Shown here in pieces: positions 62,100-64,000 of a DNA stretch of 64,000 nt. A program made the position numbers and the translations under genes. Each line of letters starts with the position of its first letter. The first letter of the stretch is position 1. This DNA comes from Takakia lepidozioides (Eukaryota > Plantae > Bryophyta), in NCBI GenBank assembly GCA_030704615.1, contig CM060731.1, forward strand, positions 39,680,001 through 39,744,000, in the 5' to 3' direction. Below the pieces are notes generated by a model. That model was given only the letters and a program-made list of their open reading frames with translations. It ran no database searches and was not told the origin of the DNA.

Positions 62100-64000
62100 T
62101 GTTGTTATGTCCTTCTTCCATGTGATAAAAAATCCATGCTGGGTAAACGCCGGGTCTTTTGCTTGCAAAGCAGGGTTGGGTTCATTTGCAAGTTTTTCAA
62201 TTTTTATTTTTATTTTCCCCGAATATGCCAGATTAAGGTGTCATCAACGACACCTTAATCTACCTTAATGTGGCTAGTCTTCTGGTGTGTTATTTGGGAT
62301 GAATGACATCTACAAATTGCTCGGACCACATAATTTATGATTCATTGTCATGTCATTCTTCCATGTGACCAGAAATCCATGCTGGGTAAACGCTAGGTCT
62401 TTTACTTACAAAGCAGGGGTTGGGTTCATTTGCAAGTTTTTCAATTTTTATTTTTATTTTATTTTTTTCCGAATGTGCCAGATTAAGGTGTCGTTGACTT
62501 AATCTGGCTGGTCTTCTAGTGTGTTATTTGGGGTGAATGGCATCTACAAATTGCTCGGACCACATAACTTATGATTCATTGTCATGTCCTTCTTCTATGT
62601 GACCAGAAATCCATGCTGGGTTAACGGTCGTTTGCTTGCAAAGCAGGGGTTGGGTTCATTTGCAAGTTTTCCAATATATATATATATATATTATTTTGTC
62701 TTATTTTATTTTTCCCTGAATTAAGGTGTCGTCAACGACACATTAATCTGGCTGGTCTTTGGGTGTGCTATTTGGGGTGAATGACATCTACAAATTGCTC
62801 GGACCATATAACTTATGATTCGTTGTCATGTCCTTCTTCCATGTGACCAAAAATCCATGCTGGGTAAATGCCAGGTCTTTTACTTGCAAAGCAGGGGTTG
62901 GGTTCATTTGCAAGTTTTCCTATATATATATATATAATTATTATTATTATTTTGCCCCGAATGTGCCAGATTAAGGTGCCGACACCTTAATCTGGCTGGT
63001 CTTCTGGTGTGGTGTGCTATTTGGGATGAATAGCATCTACAAATTACTCGACTTATGATTTGTTGTCATGTCATTCTTCCAGGTGATCAAAAATCCATGC
63101 TGGGTAAATGCCAGGTCTTTTGTTGCAAAGCAAGGGCTGGTTCATTTGCAAGTTTTCAAAAAATAAAAATAAAAATAAATTATTATTATTATTATTATTT
63201 TCCCCGAATGTGCCAGATTAAGGTGTCGTCAATGACACCTTAACCCTTAAACCTTAAACGCCCAGTGCCATAGTTTGACATTTTCAGAAAACATGACCCC
63301 TTAAGTGAAAAAAAGGTGTAACTTTTAGAAAATTAACTTTTTAAAGAACTTGACCGCACATTAGATGCGTACCCTCCTCCTGCATCCACATGCCAAATTT
63401 GAGGCCAATCAGCCCCAGAACCACAAATGCCACCGTTGAATGTGGGCCCCATTATTGGGGCCCTTTTGAGAAACATATCCATTTTTGGTAATTTCTTAAA
63501 GATTTGAGTGACGGGATCAAATGGGATTGAGGCGAAATTAGCAGGGTTTCATCCCCTTGAGATCCCTCATCCAACAAGCCAAAAAGTATCCAATTTGGCC
63601 AATGCATGTGATGTTGCCAACGTGGAAAAATCCCATGTTTCTCTCCCTCTCTCACACACGTGTGAATAATGAAACAACGAGAATTACCTTTATCAAATCG
63701 TGACCCCCCTTGCTTGCGTGATGAGACCTCTTTGCAACTTGGCAGATCCGAGGCAATCGGGCAATGAATCTTGGTGTGCCAGGTTGCCCAGGAACACTAT
63801 ATATATATTTCACACAATTCCATGGAGAATGCAAAAAATTATTCAGATTTTTCTGAACCGAAAAGCCCGAAACGGGCTACTGGGCGTTTAAGGGTTAATC
63901 TGGCTGGTCTTTTGGTGTGCTATTTAGGGTGAATGGCATCTACAAATTACTCGGCTTATGATTCGTTGTTATGTCTTTCTTTCCAGGTGACCAAAAATCC
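62100..64000. repeat. ~240-bp tandem repeat (5 or more units, runs off the window end) with an internal palindrome, interrupted by a MITE
   Basis: AAATCC(ATGCTGGGT) at about 62130, 62373, 62607, 62851, 63091 and 63995. Confidence 0.9.
63244..63894. mobile_element. piggyBac-like non-autonomous element, 651 bp
   Basis: TTAA at 63240-63243 and 63895-63898. Termini CCCTTAAA(CCTTAAA)CGCCCAGT...ACTGGGCGTTTAAGGG. Neighbouring repeat units show the empty site CACCTTAATCTGG. Confidence 0.8.

Overview
Eukaryotic nuclear DNA from a plant, probably a non-seed land plant. This is inferred from GT-AG spliced genes, PLS/DYW-type PPR remnants, PsbP, PLATZ and TrpB2 sequences. The first ~27.5 kb is a heavily rearranged accessory block. 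It holds three copies of an intronless gene for a secreted ~273-aa protein that I recognise as PUD1_2-like ('up-regulated in daf-2'), a family I know from nematodes, fungi and bacteria but not from plants. Two copies are intact (5520-6341 +, 15305-16129 -) and one has lost its start (about 24818-25623 +). The copies lie in direct and inverted duplications whose ends coincide with a 27-bp minisatellite. They are interleaved with fragments of unrelated host genes (PPR/DYW, TrpB2, bifunctional nuclease, TAD3 exon 1), hAT MITEs and LINE remnants. The middle (27.8-53 kb) carries ordinary spliced genes: TAD3, a conserved plant protein with an expanded ~53-aa repeat, a PLATZ pseudogene, a divergent PsbP and a THUMP-domain RNA methyltransferase. 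The end (53-64 kb) is mobile DNA: a CRE-like RT/RLE retrotransposon, a Crypton-like fragment, L1 and RNase H remnants, and a ~240-bp palindrome-containing tandem repeat interrupted by a TTAA-flanked piggyBac-like MITE. All family assignments come from motif recognition by eye, with no database searches.
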